Source: Candidatus Adlerbacteria bacterium (lineage in GTDB: Bacteria > Patescibacteriota > Minisyncoccia > Phycocordibacterales > SBAW01). From it: DNA of 64,000 nt. Location: assembly GCA_027451965.1 (NCBI GenBank), contig DAIDHJ010000001.1, positions 251,276 to 315,275 of the forward strand, given 5' to 3'. The translations under genes and the position numbers were made by a program. The notes beneath the pieces were generated by a model. That model did no database searches. It was not told the DNA's origin and was given only the letters and a program-made list of their open reading frames with translations. Positions 46,006 to 56,860 of the stretch are shown piece by piece. Each line of letters begins with the position of its first letter. Within the stretch, counting starts at the first letter, position 1.

Positions 46006-47184
46006 TTACGGAAGAAACTTTTTTATCCACTGCCATATACCCGAAAAAAGCTCAGTAAATGAGCTGTCGCTCGCCTGTTCAAGATCTCCACCCTGAGTAA
46101 ACCCCCACACCGTAAGACCGTAGGACACTGCCCATGAACCGTCTTTGACCTGTAGTTGGGAGGTAGTGTTATCACTAAGTGCTGCAACACGAGAAGGAAG
46201 GCGCAGTACTGCTTTTGCCAAATCAGAAACGGTCTGAAGCGAAGAACCTCCGCCAGTCAGAATAATGCCCCCGGGAAGCAATTCATCTTTTTTGATCTTC
46301 TTCAGATGCGCTTCTATCAGCTTGAACATATCCGATACCCGCTTGGAAATAAGGTCATCAATTTTTCGTTTGGGATACGGAGAACCGAATACTACCCCTT
46401 GTTTAAGCTGCTCAGCTTCTTCAGGAGCGATACGTAATCCTAAAGCAAGGTCGTTGGTAATATCGGTACTACCGACGGGAAATACTTTTATGGAAATAGG
46501 CATAGAATCTTCAAATACGATGATAGAAAGCGTTTCAGATCCGATATTCGCCAGCACGCACCCTACACGTTTCTGCGTTTTACTGAGTGCCACGAAGGAT
46601 GCGGCAATCGGCGCAGCAACAACATCCTCCACTTCCATACCCGCCTCCTCCACCGCAGCGACCAAGTCGTTGACATGCTGTGTGAGGCAGGTGATGAAAA
46701 TTGCTTCCGTCGTAAGGCGCGTCCCTTTCATGCCGATTGGACTACGTCCTAGCAGCTTTACTCCATCGATAGTGTAATGGAGGGGAATACGATGAATGAT
46801 TTTCCGGTTGACGAGCGTTGCCGGAGGCAATGCTGCTTCGCTTGCATCGAGGGCTCGGGCGATGTCGCGCTCTGTAATCTCCGAGTCGCCTCGCTCCACT
46901 ACCGTCTCTCCGCGAGAAAATGCTTCTTCAAGTCCGATACCGCCAATGCTGAGATAGGCGCGCCGCACTTTCTGCTGTGCGGCCTTGCTGGCTTGCGCGG
47001 TTGCTGCGGCGATAGAGCGCGCTACATCAGACACCGATACGATGTATCCGTTACGCAACCCTCTGCTTTCAGCATATCCCACTCCTAAAATACGCGGCAG
47101 TTGCCGCGGATCATCGGGATGTTCAGCTATCACCACTTTTACATGGTACGAACCTACATCAATACCGGTAACAATTTTTTGCAT
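46006..47184 (-). CDS. ftsA: cell division protein FtsA
   Basis: Actin-like ATPase: GIDVGSYHVKVV phosphate-1 motif, SHSP70-like fold motifs, and GGGSSL near the C-terminus. Immediately upstream of ftsZ. Confidence 0.85.
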   Translation of the reverse strand: MQKIVTGIDVGSYHVKVVIAEHPDDPRQLPRILGVGYAESRGLRNGYIVSVSDVARSIAAATAQASKAAQQKVRRAYLSIGGIGLEEAFSRGETVVERGDSEITERDIARALDASEAALPPATLVNRKIIHRIPLHYTIDGVKLLGRSPIGMKGTRLTTEAIFITCLTQHVNDLVAAVEEAGMEVEDVVAAPIAASFVALSKTQKRVGCVLANIGSETLSIIVFEDSMPISIKVFPVGSTDITNDLALGLRIAPEEAEQLKQGVVFGSPYPKRKIDDLISKRVSDMFKLIEAHLKKIKKDELLPGGIILTGGGSSLQTVSDLAKAVLRLPSRVAALSDNTTSQLQVKDGSWAVSYGLTVWGFTQGGDLEQASDSSFTELFSGIWQWIKKFLP

Positions 47185-47223
47185 GGATACATAAAGGAAG
47201 CGCCCGGAGAGCCAGGCGCTTGG

Positions 47224-47622
47224 TCAAAGGCGTACTACTACGCCAAATCGTTTCAGTAAGCGCCGCTCACTGGCTTCCATTGTAGCACCATGTACAAATC
47301 CTTTTAAATGTAGCATGCCGTGGATAAAGAGGTAGGAAAGAAAATCGTTCGGAGTCGCTTCGTAGAGAGATGCTTGTGTGCGGGCAGTGGCAGGGCACAG
47401 AAGAATTTCGCCGCTATGTTTGGAAAGAGAGAAAGAAAGCACATTGGATGGAACATCCTTGTGCTTCGTCTGTTTGCTAATGCGGCGCGCTTCGCTAGGA
47501 GAAAGGAGTGCTACTGAGAGATCATACGTATTTCCAAGCACGGCCTGCTTGAGGGCAACAAACGGAACACCCGGCAGTTTCCCCCGGGTTTTATTGACGA
47601 TAGCGACACTTGTTCGCTTCAT
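47224..47622 (-). CDS. ybeY: rRNA maturation endoribonuclease YbeY
   Basis: HGMLHLKGFVH zinc-binding H-x3-H-x5-H motif. 132 aa. Confidence 0.8.
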   Translation of the reverse strand: MKRTSVAIVNKTRGKLPGVPFVALKQAVLGNTYDLSVALLSPSEARRISKQTKHKDVPSNVLSFSLSKHSGEILLCPATARTQASLYEATPNDFLSYLFIHGMLHLKGFVHGATMEASERRLLKRFGVVVRL

Positions 47623-47889
47623 TTATTTTCGACGTGGTCGCAGAGTAGTCTTTTCAAGCAATTTGCCGAGCTTGATGAGTTCAGCTACTTCTTCACGGCG
47701 CTTGATTACCTTGAGTGTGTGTTTGCGTTTCACTTCGCGTGATTTCTCACGGGTGAAGTAACGGCGTTCCCGCATATTTTGAATAAGCCGGGCTCCCTGC
47801 ACGCGTTTCGTAAAGCGGCGAATGAGGTTCGTTGCGCTTTCCCCGTCGTTTTTTTCTACTGCTGCGTTTACTACCATAACGCGCACCAT
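47623..47889 (-). CDS. rpsU: 30S ribosomal protein S21 (probable)
   Basis: Highly basic 88 aa with IRRFTKRVQGARLIQNMRERRYFTREKSREVKRKH resembling the S21 core (RRFKR..EKAG...E.RRR.FYEKP...RKR). Confidence 0.5.
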   Translation of the reverse strand: MVRVMVVNAAVEKNDGESATNLIRRFTKRVQGARLIQNMRERRYFTREKSREVKRKHTLKVIKRREEVAELIKLGKLLEKTTLRPRRK

Positions 47890-47904
47890 ACTACCATGAC
47901 CCCA

Positions 47905-49065
47905 TCAGACTCGCAATGTTTTAAGGTATTTTGGTAGCTGCGCGAGTGCGATGGTGGTTTGCGCGCGTTCGTCAGCAGAACGAACGATAATAGTTTTATC
48001 AAGCACCTCTCTCTGGCCCATAATGAGCACGTGTGATACGCGCGCCTTTCTTGCTTGCGCAAGCTGTATAGAAAGATGTCGGGAATCAAATGATTGCAGA
48101 GAAGGAATACGAGCCGTGCGTAGCATATCCAGCACAGTAAGACCTTGGAGTTTTGCTTGAGAACCTAATTGTACAAAATAGATTTTTGCTGAAGGTGTTT
48201 TTGAACGAACGGCGCAATGGGTTCGTTCAAGTCCCTTTCTATGAAAGAAGATACTTCCATGCACAGTAGCACTCTCTTTGCGTCCCGTAAGTCGGCGCAC
48301 AAAATCATCGTATCTCCCACCGAGGCTTGCATATATAGTCGTATCCGTATCAGCAAGGTCGAGTGCAAAGAGTACTCGTGCTTCTCGCTCGTCGCTCATG
48401 AGCGACGAATCGATGCGGTAAGGAAGATTTAATTGTTCTAATTGTTCAAGGATAGTGCGGAAATGTATGCGACTTTTTTCCGAAAGAAAGTTGATAGAGC
48501 AGGGAGCATCTATGAGTATATCGCTACAATGTGCTGCTGCATGCTGATAGGTCACAAAAGGATTGTCAGACATTTTTCCAGCAGCTGATTCAAACACGGC
48601 AGTATGCTTGCGCAAATAGAGTGTCAATTCTCGTGCAAACCGCTGTTGACTGTCCCGGTCGCCGAGCGCATTGATGCGTATGCATGAAAGTGTAGAGCCC
48701 CATTCTTCCAATATTGCCGTAATCACTTTTATAAGAAGCACCTCACCCATGCTTTCAGAAGATCCGACAATGGAGAGACCAAATTCTGCACTGTCTCGCT
48801 GTGGTAGGGATGCGGGAAGGTGCGAGGGAGCCAAGGTCGCGTAATAGAAGAGGGCTGGTTCCCCAGATAGTTCTGGAACGGTAGGTTTTGTGTTTACAAC
48901 AGCGGTGCCCACCCGCGCAGCAGTTGCAAAGGAATGCATGCCACGTATTTTTTCCTGCGGCGCAATTGCCTCAAGATCATGAATAGAACGGAATCCATAA
49001 AAAGAAGCAATATCCGAAGAGAGTTTTAAAAACGACTTCGGCGATGGGCGAGTAGGGCTACTCAT
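47905..49065 (-). CDS. hisS: histidyl-tRNA synthetase-like class II aaRS (divergent)
   Basis: HisRS-type GGRYD motif 3 (ASLGGRYDDFV), INALGD insertion-domain motif and the C-terminal anticodon-binding domain (HVLIMGQREVLDKTIIVR). The motif 2 consensus (FRYERPQ.GR.REF) is not recognisable. Confidence 0.5.
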   Translation of the reverse strand: MSSPTRPSPKSFLKLSSDIASFYGFRSIHDLEAIAPQEKIRGMHSFATAARVGTAVVNTKPTVPELSGEPALFYYATLAPSHLPASLPQRDSAEFGLSIVGSSESMGEVLLIKVITAILEEWGSTLSCIRINALGDRDSQQRFARELTLYLRKHTAVFESAAGKMSDNPFVTYQHAAAHCSDILIDAPCSINFLSEKSRIHFRTILEQLEQLNLPYRIDSSLMSDEREARVLFALDLADTDTTIYASLGGRYDDFVRRLTGRKESATVHGSIFFHRKGLERTHCAVRSKTPSAKIYFVQLGSQAKLQGLTVLDMLRTARIPSLQSFDSRHLSIQLAQARKARVSHVLIMGQREVLDKTIIVRSADERAQTTIALAQLPKYLKTLRV

Positions 49066-49079
49066 AAATACCGCTCATA

Positions 49080-49631
49080 TTATTGCGTATGCGCTCCCGG
49101 AAAAACACTTGCTTGAGAAAGGGGAAGAAGACGAACAATCACTCGTCCGACAATATTTTGTCGTGGCACAGGACCCCATATGCGAGAATCGGAACTTTCT
49201 GGTCGGTTATCTCCCATAACGAAATACTGATCTGGCCCAAGCGTGACACTCATATCCGGACCGTTGCCAGTCGAATCAGCGATATACGGTTCTGAAAGTT
49301 TTTCTGTTTGGCCGTTATGAGTGATGTATATCTGTTCATTAGTGATACTTACGGTTTCTCCAGGAAGGCCAATGATGCGTTTAATGAAAAACTGTGAAGG
49401 GTCTTTTGGGTACCGAAACACAATGACATCTCCGCGTTGCGGTGATTCGAATCGGTAGGAAAGCTCATCAACGACCAAGTACTGTTCGTTTTGAAACGTC
49501 GGGTACATAGAAGCACCGCTTACGATAAACGGTTGTGCAACAAAGAGCCGTACTGGTATGACGATAACAAGTGCGAGCGCGGCGAACTTAAGCAGTTCGG
49601 TGAAAAAATCTCCACGCTTTTCGTCAGACAT
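49080..49631 (-). CDS. lepB: signal peptidase I
   Basis: VSGASMYPT catalytic Ser box, RGDVIVFRYP, and GDNRPESSDSRIWGPV box E. Confidence 0.8.
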   Translation of the reverse strand: MSDEKRGDFFTELLKFAALALVIVIPVRLFVAQPFIVSGASMYPTFQNEQYLVVDELSYRFESPQRGDVIVFRYPKDPSQFFIKRIIGLPGETVSITNEQIYITHNGQTEKLSEPYIADSTGNGPDMSVTLGPDQYFVMGDNRPESSDSRIWGPVPRQNIVGRVIVRLLPLSQASVFPGAHTQ

Positions 49632-49684
49632 GGCTCCATTGTATGTATCTTCTTACAATGTGCAAGCAATAGGGCAAACCTGGT

Positions 49685-50290
49685 ATGATGACCGTTATGG
49701 AATGGACGGTTGTCGGACTGGGGAACCCCGGAAAGGAATACGAAGGAACAAGGCATAATGTTGGTAGAGATATACTTGTAGCTCTTGCACGTAAAGAAGG
49801 CATACGAACATGGAAAGAGGAACAAAAACCTCGCATGCAAAGTGCTCGAGGCACCATGTATGCGAAGACTGTTCGATTGGTGTTACCGGATACGTATATG
49901 AATAATTCTGGTGCAACGGTTAAAGCATGGATACGAGCACAAAAAGATTTAGAAAAACTGGTAGTGATACAAGACGATCTCGACCTTCCGCTTGGAAAAA
50001 TCAAACTTTCCTATGACAGTGGTGCGGGCGGCCATAAGGGAATAGCATCCATACAGCGGGCACTGAAAACGAATGCATTTACACGCATACGTGTCGGCAT
50101 CTCTCCCATAACACCTTCTGGCAAGCTTAAAAAGCCATCTGGAGAACAAGTAATCACTTTTGTGTTGGGTACATTCCGTCCGACGGAACAAGAATTGCTC
50201 AAAAAAACGCGCCGTCTCATAGAGAAAGCACTCACTTTGTTAGTGACTGAAGGTCGTGCTCAGGCGATGACAGAGGTCAATGCCGGATAA
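49685..50290 (+). CDS. pth: peptidyl-tRNA hydrolase
   Basis: VVGLGNPGKEYEGTRHNVG N-terminal signature with the catalytic His, plus LDLPLGKIKL..GAGGHKG. The ATG at 49700 (MEWTVV) is a possible alternative start. Confidence 0.85.
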   Translation: MMTVMEWTVVGLGNPGKEYEGTRHNVGRDILVALARKEGIRTWKEEQKPRMQSARGTMYAKTVRLVLPDTYMNNSGATVKAWIRAQKDLEKLVVIQDDLDLPLGKIKLSYDSGAGGHKGIASIQRALKTNAFTRIRVGISPITPSGKLKKPSGEQVITFVLGTFRPTEQELLKKTRRLIEKALTLLVTEGRAQAMTEVNAG

Positions 50291-51421
50291 CTATTTCTTT
50301 TCTCCGGCGAAGGAAAGCGCCATGCGTATCTCTTTCGGATCAAACAAGGAAATAATGAACGGATAGCGTTTTCCCAGTTCGAGATTCTCGCGCAGTTTTT
50401 CCTCAGAACCGAAATCAGATACATGGACTAGTCCAGCAATACCTTCTTCAATAGAGGCGAGTGCGCCGTGTTTATTGAATTTAATGATGACCCCTTCGAC
50501 GCGGTCTCCTTTGTGGTATTTCTCCGCTGCTGCTTGCCATGGATTTTCCTTGAGTTGCTTGACGGAAAGGGATACTTTTCCGTCTTTGATATCAATGATT
50601 TTCACTTTTACCTTATCTCCAACTTTGAAGAAGTGGCGCGGGTCATCCACGAGGCCCCAATCAATTTCAGAAATGTGCACCAGTCCTTCTAATCCTTCTT
50701 CCAGTTTGACGAACACACCGAAATCAACCATGCCGGTCACTTCTCCGGCGACTACATCGCCGACCTGATATCGTTCAATGATTTCTTGCTTTTCCTTATC
50801 TTCCGCTCCTTTTTCAGAGAAGATCAGCTTTCCCTCCTTGGGTAGCGCAGAAATAATAAATACAGAAAGGCGTTCTCCGACCATTTTGCGCAACTCATCC
50901 AAAATCTTATCTTTATCTCCGTCGATTACGCGAGGGTAATGTTCTGCCTTGAGCTGTGAAGCAGGAAGAAATCCGGTAATACCTTGCCACTCAAGAATCA
51001 AACCGCCCTTGTTTGCTTCCTTAACAGTAAGTTCGAGAGGTGATTTGTTCTTTTGTGCTTCTTCCGCTTCTGTCCAAATGAGCGCTTGCCGTGCTTCTTT
51101 GAGGGAAAGCTCTATGTATCCATCCTTCGTATTGCTTTCTATTACTTTGGCCGCAATCCGGTCACCAATATTGGTGCGTTTGATGACTTCTCGAGCGTTG
51201 AGATACTCTCGTCCGAAAATGACTCCAGTTCCAAATGGTGGAAGATCGATGTAGAGGCGTGCACGATCGAGAGCGATCACAGGACCTTCAACAATATCTC
51301 CTGGTTTCGGAGGTTCAGGGATACGGCTGGTGAATTCTGCCATAGCAGAAGACCCTTGCTGCGTTGCTTCGCTCAAATCGAACTTTGCCGCACGAGTAGA
51401 TTCGGTGTTTACTGATGACAT
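50291..51421 (-). CDS. rpsA: 30S ribosomal protein S1 (four S1 domains)
   Basis: Four tandem S1 RNA-binding domains (GDIVEGPV..., GDRIAAKV..., GDVVAGEV..., GDRVEGVI...). 376 aa, shorter than 6-domain S1 proteins. Confidence 0.7.
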   Translation of the reverse strand: MSSVNTESTRAAKFDLSEATQQGSSAMAEFTSRIPEPPKPGDIVEGPVIALDRARLYIDLPPFGTGVIFGREYLNAREVIKRTNIGDRIAAKVIESNTKDGYIELSLKEARQALIWTEAEEAQKNKSPLELTVKEANKGGLILEWQGITGFLPASQLKAEHYPRVIDGDKDKILDELRKMVGERLSVFIISALPKEGKLIFSEKGAEDKEKQEIIERYQVGDVVAGEVTGMVDFGVFVKLEEGLEGLVHISEIDWGLVDDPRHFFKVGDKVKVKIIDIKDGKVSLSVKQLKENPWQAAAEKYHKGDRVEGVIIKFNKHGALASIEEGIAGLVHVSDFGSEEKLRENLELGKRYPFIISLFDPKEIRMALSFAGEKK

Positions 51422-51586
51422 ACTATTGGTTTGTACGACAGGTCCTTAGTTTCCCAAGATTACTCCTGTGCGCTATTGCTCATAAAGGGGAACGCCCTCT
51501 ATTGCGTTGCAGTATAGCAGTGGAACGCATTCCGTGCAAATCGGTTTTATGCTGTAAATATAGGGAAAATCTGATAAAATAGGCAT

Positions 51587-52210
51587 ATGGTAATTACCTA
51601 TACCGGAGGAGAGTGTTTCAAGATAACCCAAGGTGATTTGACCCTTGCCTTCAATCCGCCTGCTAAAGGTTCCATATTTCCTTCTTCCAAGTTTGGTTCA
51701 GATATTGTATTGGTATCTCTTAATCATCCTGATTTTAATGGGGTTGAGAATACCGCATTTGGAGATCGTGAACCGTTCGTTATTACTGGCCCCGGAGAAT
51801 ACGAAATTAAGGGAGTCGCCGTACGAGGATTTGCCTCCAATGCCAATTACGGAAATAAAGAGACTATCAACACTATATATAGTGTATTTCTCGATGGTAT
51901 TAATTTGTGCTTCCTTGGCGCTCTGGGTGTGGCACAACTGCCACAAGGAGCTAAGCAAGAACTCGATGGCATCGATGTACTTTTTCTTCCGGTGGGAGGA
52001 GAAGGTGTATTGAATCAAAGTGAAGCATATGCACTTGCGGTGCAATTGGAACCAAAGATTATTATTCCCATGCATTACCGACATCCACAGGAACTCTCAG
52101 CTTTTCTCAAGGAAGCAGGGGCAGACCGACTGCAGCCGATAGAGAAACTCACTCTTAAAAAGAAGGATTTGGAAGGCAAAGAAGGAGAAATTGTCGTACT
52201 ATCACACTAA
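51587..52210 (+). CDS. MBL-fold metal-dependent hydrolase (UPF0173/Lactamase_B_3-like)
   Basis: 207 aa with MVITYTGGECFKI N-terminus, DIVLVSLNHPD and PVGG..M motifs typical of the YtkL/UPF0173 family. Confidence 0.6.
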   Translation: MVITYTGGECFKITQGDLTLAFNPPAKGSIFPSSKFGSDIVLVSLNHPDFNGVENTAFGDREPFVITGPGEYEIKGVAVRGFASNANYGNKETINTIYSVFLDGINLCFLGALGVAQLPQGAKQELDGIDVLFLPVGGEGVLNQSEAYALAVQLEPKIIIPMHYRHPQELSAFLKEAGADRLQPIEKLTLKKKDLEGKEGEIVVLSH

Positions 52211-52487
52211 GAACATGAAGCGCTACATCGAACACATGAAACGAAAAACGCCACATGAACGCCGGCAGCATGCATTACAAGTTGCCTGTGTAGCGACCTT
52301 CCTTGTTGCGGTCATATGGATCACTACGCTTGGCCTTCATTCTGCTCCTTCTGCGGGAACAGTGACTGCGGCAGGAGATCAAACACAATTGGCAAACGTA
52401 GCAAGTGGTGTGCAAACCTCGGACACTGCTTCTAATGCTGGAATTGAAGTAGCAACCACCAGCGTGTTTGATAGCGGTCAACAATAA
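52191..52487 (+). CDS. small hypothetical membrane protein
   Basis: Basic N-terminus, one TM helix, Thr/Ser-rich tail. Overlaps the previous gene end. An alternative start MKRYIEH lies at 52215. Confidence 0.3.
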   Translation: MSYYHTKNMKRYIEHMKRKTPHERRQHALQVACVATFLVAVIWITTLGLHSAPSAGTVTAAGDQTQLANVASGVQTSDTASNAGIEVATTSVFDSGQQ

Positions 52488-52492
52488 CCAAT

Positions 52493-54964
52493 ATGGCGAA
52501 ATCTGAAAAATATCCTCCTGAACAGGAGTCCTCACAGCATATTGTTCCGCGCAATATCTCAACCGAGATGCGCGAAGCGTATCTCGACTACGCCATGAGC
52601 GTTATTACCGCGCGCGCCCTTCCGGATGTGCGTGACGGTCTCAAACCGGTACATCGTCGCATTCTCTACACCATGTTGCGCAATGGTCTCACCCCTTCGG
52701 CTCGGTTTCGAAAATCAGCTGCGGTCGTTGGAGATGTGATTGCAAAATATCATCCTCACGGTGATGCAGCAGTATATGACGCCATGGTTAAAATGGCACA
52801 AACATTCGCGATGCGTTATCCGCTAGTGATTGGTCAAGGAAACTTCGGGTCAATCGACGGTGATGCAGCGGCTGCCTACCGATACACCGAAGCAAAAATG
52901 TCGCGTATTGCTGAAGAGATGCTGCGAGATATTGATAAAGAAACCGTTGAATGGCGTCCAAACTATGACGGATCGCTCCAGGAGCCAGTGGTTCTTCCTG
53001 CGGCGGTTCCTAATATTTTACTCAATGGCACGTTGGGTATTGCCGTTGGTATGGCGACAAATATTCCTCCACATAACCTGCAGGAGTTGTCTGCCGCGCT
53101 TGAGCACCTTTTAGAGTATCCAGAAGCAACCGTCGAAGATCTTATGGAGTTTGTTTCCGGTCCCGATTTCCCGACTGGCGCTGTTGCATTTAATAAAAAA
53201 GACCTGCTACATGCGTACTCGACAGGAAAGGGAGGAGTGATTGTCCGCGGACAGGCGGAAATTGTAGAAGACAAGAAGGGAAATTTTCAAATTGTCGTTT
53301 CATCGCTACCTTACAGAGTTAATAAGGCAGATTTACTGGTGCGTATCGCGGATCTGGTGCGAGATAAAAAACTCGAGGGTATTCGAGGCTTGCGTGATGA
53401 ATCAACGAGAGATATTCGCATTGTGCTTGATCTCAAACAAGGAAGCCAGCCGCAGAAGGTGCTGAATTATCTCTATAAGCACACAGCTCTTGAGGATACC
53501 TTCCATTTCAACATGGTAGTGCTGGTTGATGGTGTGCCGCAAACGCTTTCTCTCAAAGGAATCCTTCAGGAATTTCTCAAGCATCGTCAGGAGGTGGTGC
53601 GTCGTCGGACGCAGTTTGATTTGCGAAAAGCGCAGGAACGGGAGCATATTCTCCTTGGTCTCAAGAAGGCACTTGATGTCATTGATCAGATCATTAAAAC
53701 AATTCGAGGATCGAAGGATGTGGCCGATGCGCACGCTAATTTGATGAAACAATTCAAGTTTTCCGACCTGCAAGCAACAGCGATTTTGGAAATGCGTCTG
53801 CAGAAACTGGCGAATCTCGAGCGTAAAAAAGTGGAAGATGAGCTTAAGGACATCCAGGCTATCATCGAAGAACTCAGTGGATTACTGAAGAGCGAAAAGA
53901 AAATTGCAGGAGTAGTCCGCAAGGAAATTGCAGATATTGCGAGTCGGTATGGTGATGACCGTCAGACGAAAGTGGTGAAAGGTGCGGTAGGAGTCATAAA
54001 TGTGGAAGATCTGGTTCCAGATGAGGAACAGGTATTAGTGCTTACTGCTGGAGGGTATGTAAAACGGACAAATCCGGAAGAATACCGAAAACAGAAGCGT
54101 GGTGGTGTAGGGGTTATTGATCTCAACACCAAAGAAGAAGATTTTGTCACGACATTTCTTACTACCTCGACACATAGTGATCTCCTGTTCTTCACTGATC
54201 GAGGAAAAGCATATCAAATCAAAATGTATGATTTGCCAGAAGGGAAACGCTCTACCAAAGGAAAGGCTCTGGTAAACTACCTTTCTATCTCAGAAGGAGA
54301 GAAGGTAACGTCAGTGCTCCCGCTCCGTAAGAATGAAAAAGAAGGCAAATCATTCCTTTACCTTATTACCCGTCAGGGTGTTGCGAAGAAGGTGGATGCG
54401 ACAGCATTTCATGATGTCCGACGCAGTGGTCTCATTGCCGTTAAACTGCAACCAGGAGATGAGCTTATTGCAGCACTCCTTACGGAAAAAGATGATGAGC
54501 TTTTCCTCTCTTCTGCAAAAGGGCAGTCCATTCGTTTCAAAGAAAGCGATATTCGGTCCATGGGTCGCAGTGCTGGCGGAGTGCGTGCTATGAAATTGGC
54601 AACCGGCGATGTAGTGGTTGGTGCTGACGTGATACGCAAGGGTCGCGCAGACATGGAGGTACTCGTGGTCTCGCGCAATGGCTATGGAAAAACAACACCA
54701 GTGAATGAATATAAAATCCAAAAACGTAGCGGCAGTGGTATAAAAACGGTAAAAGTAACACCAAAGACTGGACCATTAATTGCCGCTCGTATTATTTCTC
54801 GAGCAGCGGAAGAAGAGGAACAGGAGATCGTAGTTATTTCCAAGAAAGGACAAGTGATCCGCACTGGGCTGTCTGAAATTCCATCACTTTCACGCGGCAC
54901 CCAAGGCGTGCGTATCATGAAACTCCGGGAAGGGGATGCTATTGCTTCATTTGTGTGTCTCTAA
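52493..54964 (+). CDS. gyrA: DNA gyrase subunit A
   Basis: [27 protein letters not shown], catalytic Tyr region AAAMRYTE-like (AYRYTEAKM), and the C-terminal beta-pinwheel repeats. 823 aa. Confidence 0.95.
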   Translation: MAKSEKYPPEQESSQHIVPRNISTEMREAYLDYAMSVITARALPDVRDGLKPVHRRILYTMLRNGLTPSARFRKSAAVVGDVIAKYHPHGDAAVYDAMVKMAQTFAMRYPLVIGQGNFGSIDGDAAAAYRYTEAKMSRIAEEMLRDIDKETVEWRPNYDGSLQEPVVLPAAVPNILLNGTLGIAVGMATNIPPHNLQELSAALEHLLEYPEATVEDLMEFVSGPDFPTGAVAFNKKDLLHAYSTGKGGVIVRGQAEIVEDKKGNFQIVVSSLPYRVNKADLLVRIADLVRDKKLEGIRGLRDESTRDIRIVLDLKQGSQPQKVLNYLYKHTALEDTFHFNMVVLVDGVPQTLSLKGILQEFLKHRQEVVRRRTQFDLRKAQEREHILLGLKKALDVIDQIIKTIRGSKDVADAHANLMKQFKFSDLQATAILEMRLQKLANLERKKVEDELKDIQAIIEELSGLLKSEKKIAGVVRKEIADIASRYGDDRQTKVVKGAVGVINVEDLVPDEEQVLVLTAGGYVKRTNPEEYRKQKRGGVGVIDLNTKEEDFVTTFLTTSTHSDLLFFTDRGKAYQIKMYDLPEGKRSTKGKALVNYLSISEGEKVTSVLPLRKNEKEGKSFLYLITRQGVAKKVDATAFHDVRRSGLIAVKLQPGDELIAALLTEKDDELFLSSAKGQSIRFKESDIRSMGRSAGGVRAMKLATGDVVVGADVIRKGRADMEVLVVSRNGYGKTTPVNEYKIQKRSGSGIKTVKVTPKTGPLIAARIISRAAEEEEQEIVVISKKGQVIRTGLSEIPSLSRGTQGVRIMKLREGDAIASFVCL

Positions 54965-54992
54965 TTGCATCAAAGGGTATATACTGAAATGA

Positions 54993-55547
54993 ATGGAAGG
55001 TTCGTTTCTACATCCTACGCAGACGCTGCGCGCCGCTGGCGTGACCGAAGGCATGTGTGTTGCTGATTTCGGGGCCGGTTCGGGATTTTTCACTCGCGCC
55101 GCAGCACGCCTTGTGGGACCCATAGGAGTAGTATGGGCTATCGATGTGCACCGAGATCTCCTTACTCGGGTAAAGAATCTCGGCACAGCAGAAGGGTTAT
55201 CAAATATTGAAATTGCGTGGGGAGATGTTGCCTTACCTAAAGGGAGTCATTTGCCGGCACAGAGCTGTGATCTGGTGCTCATAACCAACATACTCTTTAT
55301 GCTTGAATCTAAAAGAGAAGTGCTTCATGAGGCTGCACGCGTGCTTAAGCCACAAGGGCAAATTCTCCTCATTGATTGGACGAGTTCACACGATGGATTG
55401 GGACCGCACCCTGATCATATATTTACAGAAGCTGCTGCACGCACAGTGTGCGAGCAGGAAGGATTTTCAGTGCTGCGTCCTGTTCCTGCGGGCGCATATC
55501 ATTGGGGATTGATCGTTCGCAAAAACATGACAAAGGACGCACAATAA
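54993..55547 (+). CDS. class I SAM-dependent methyltransferase
   Basis: VADFGAGSGFFT motif I, acidic motif II (AIDVH), and motif IV LKPQGQILLIDW. Confidence 0.7.
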   Translation: MEGSFLHPTQTLRAAGVTEGMCVADFGAGSGFFTRAAARLVGPIGVVWAIDVHRDLLTRVKNLGTAEGLSNIEIAWGDVALPKGSHLPAQSCDLVLITNILFMLESKREVLHEAARVLKPQGQILLIDWTSSHDGLGPHPDHIFTEAAARTVCEQEGFSVLRPVPAGAYHWGLIVRKNMTKDAQ

Positions 55548-55555
55548 CAAAGTAT

Positions 55556-56860
55556 ATGAAACTCTCTATGTTTCAATTGATTGTACTCATTTCCTTTGTT
55601 GGCTTTTTGCTTGCAGGGATTGCCGCTTTTTCACTATTTGGAGGTAATAGAGGCAGTAGTATTGGCCAAGTAACCATATGGGGAACTCTTGATCAGCAAA
55701 CTATGCAATCACTCTTAGTGACTCTACGCTCTCAAAATAAAGAATTTCAAAATGTAACGTATGTACAGAAAGACCCAAGCACGTACTACACAGATCTTAT
55801 CAACGCTATGGCAAGTGGTACCGGACCAGATCTCTTTTTTATAACTCAGGATACCGTCACTAACTTTTCTAATAAAATTACTGTAATTCCATACAGTGCT
55901 GAATCACAAGCCACATACCTTTCTTCATTTCTCAATGAGGGACAACTTTTTTTGACTCCACAAGGAGCACTTGCGTTACCATTTAGTATTGATCCACTGG
56001 TGATGTACTGGAATAAAGATTTATTTGCTTCTGCGGGTATTGCGCAACCTCCGGTATATTGGAGTGATTTTCTTTCCTTGGCACCGCAAATTACTTCTAT
56101 TGATACGAGTTCTAATATTGCACGGAGTGCGGTAGCACTTGGTTCCTGGAAAAATATTACTCACGCAAAAATGATCCTATCAGCACTATTCATGGAAGCA
56201 GGAGATCCAATTATGCTGCGTACAGGATCGGGATCATTAGAATCAGTATTTGGTACTACTCCAGCCGCAGCTGCAGAAAATCCTGCATCTTCAGCTTTGC
56301 TATTTTATACAGAGTTTGCGAATCCTTCTAAAACTACGTATTCCTGGAATGATGCATTACCCCAATCACGGGATGCATTTGCTGCAGGAAATGTTGCTGT
56401 ATATTTTGGCACTGCAAGTGATAATCAGTTACTACTTCAAACAAATCCAAATTTAAATTTTGGTGTTGCGCTGCTACCGCAGATTAAGGGGAATGCCACA
56501 CACCTTACTTTCGGAGAACTTACTGGATTAGCTATTTCACGTAGTGCATCTAATCCGCAAGGAGCACTTGCAGTCGCGCAGGCGTTAACAAGTCTTTCGA
56601 TACAAGAATCACTCTTACAACAAGGTACAGTAATACCGGCGCGTAGTGATATTTCTATAAATACCAGTGCTAATGCCGCTGAGGCAATATTTGAACAGTC
56701 TGCAATTATGTCGCAAGGTTGGCTTGACCCGGATCCTAGTGCAACTGATCCACTTTTTGAGAACATGATAGAATCGGTAGTAACAGGGCAGCAAGATCCC
56801 GCACAAGCAGTAGCACAAGCTTCACAAGCAATGATACAACTTAGTACTACAGCACAATAA
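55556..56860 (+). CDS. extracellular solute-binding protein (ABC SBP family 1-like), membrane-anchored, no cognate permease/ATPase adjacent
   Basis: N-terminal TM anchor, then GTGPDLFFITQD ... MYWNKDLF motifs typical of SBP_bac_1. Start at the ATG at 55556. The stop overlaps the start of the next gene (TAATG). Confidence 0.55.
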   Translation: MKLSMFQLIVLISFVGFLLAGIAAFSLFGGNRGSSIGQVTIWGTLDQQTMQSLLVTLRSQNKEFQNVTYVQKDPSTYYTDLINAMASGTGPDLFFITQDTVTNFSNKITVIPYSAESQATYLSSFLNEGQLFLTPQGALALPFSIDPLVMYWNKDLFASAGIAQPPVYWSDFLSLAPQITSIDTSSNIARSAVALGSWKNITHAKMILSALFMEAGDPIMLRTGSGSLESVFGTTPAAAAENPASSALLFYTEFANPSKTTYSWNDALPQSRDAFAAGNVAVYFGTASDNQLLLQTNPNLNFGVALLPQIKGNATHLTFGELTGLAISRSASNPQGALAVAQALTSLSIQESLLQQGTVIPARSDISINTSANAAEAIFEQSAIMSQGWLDPDPSATDPLFENMIESVVTGQQDPAQAVAQASQAMIQLSTTAQ

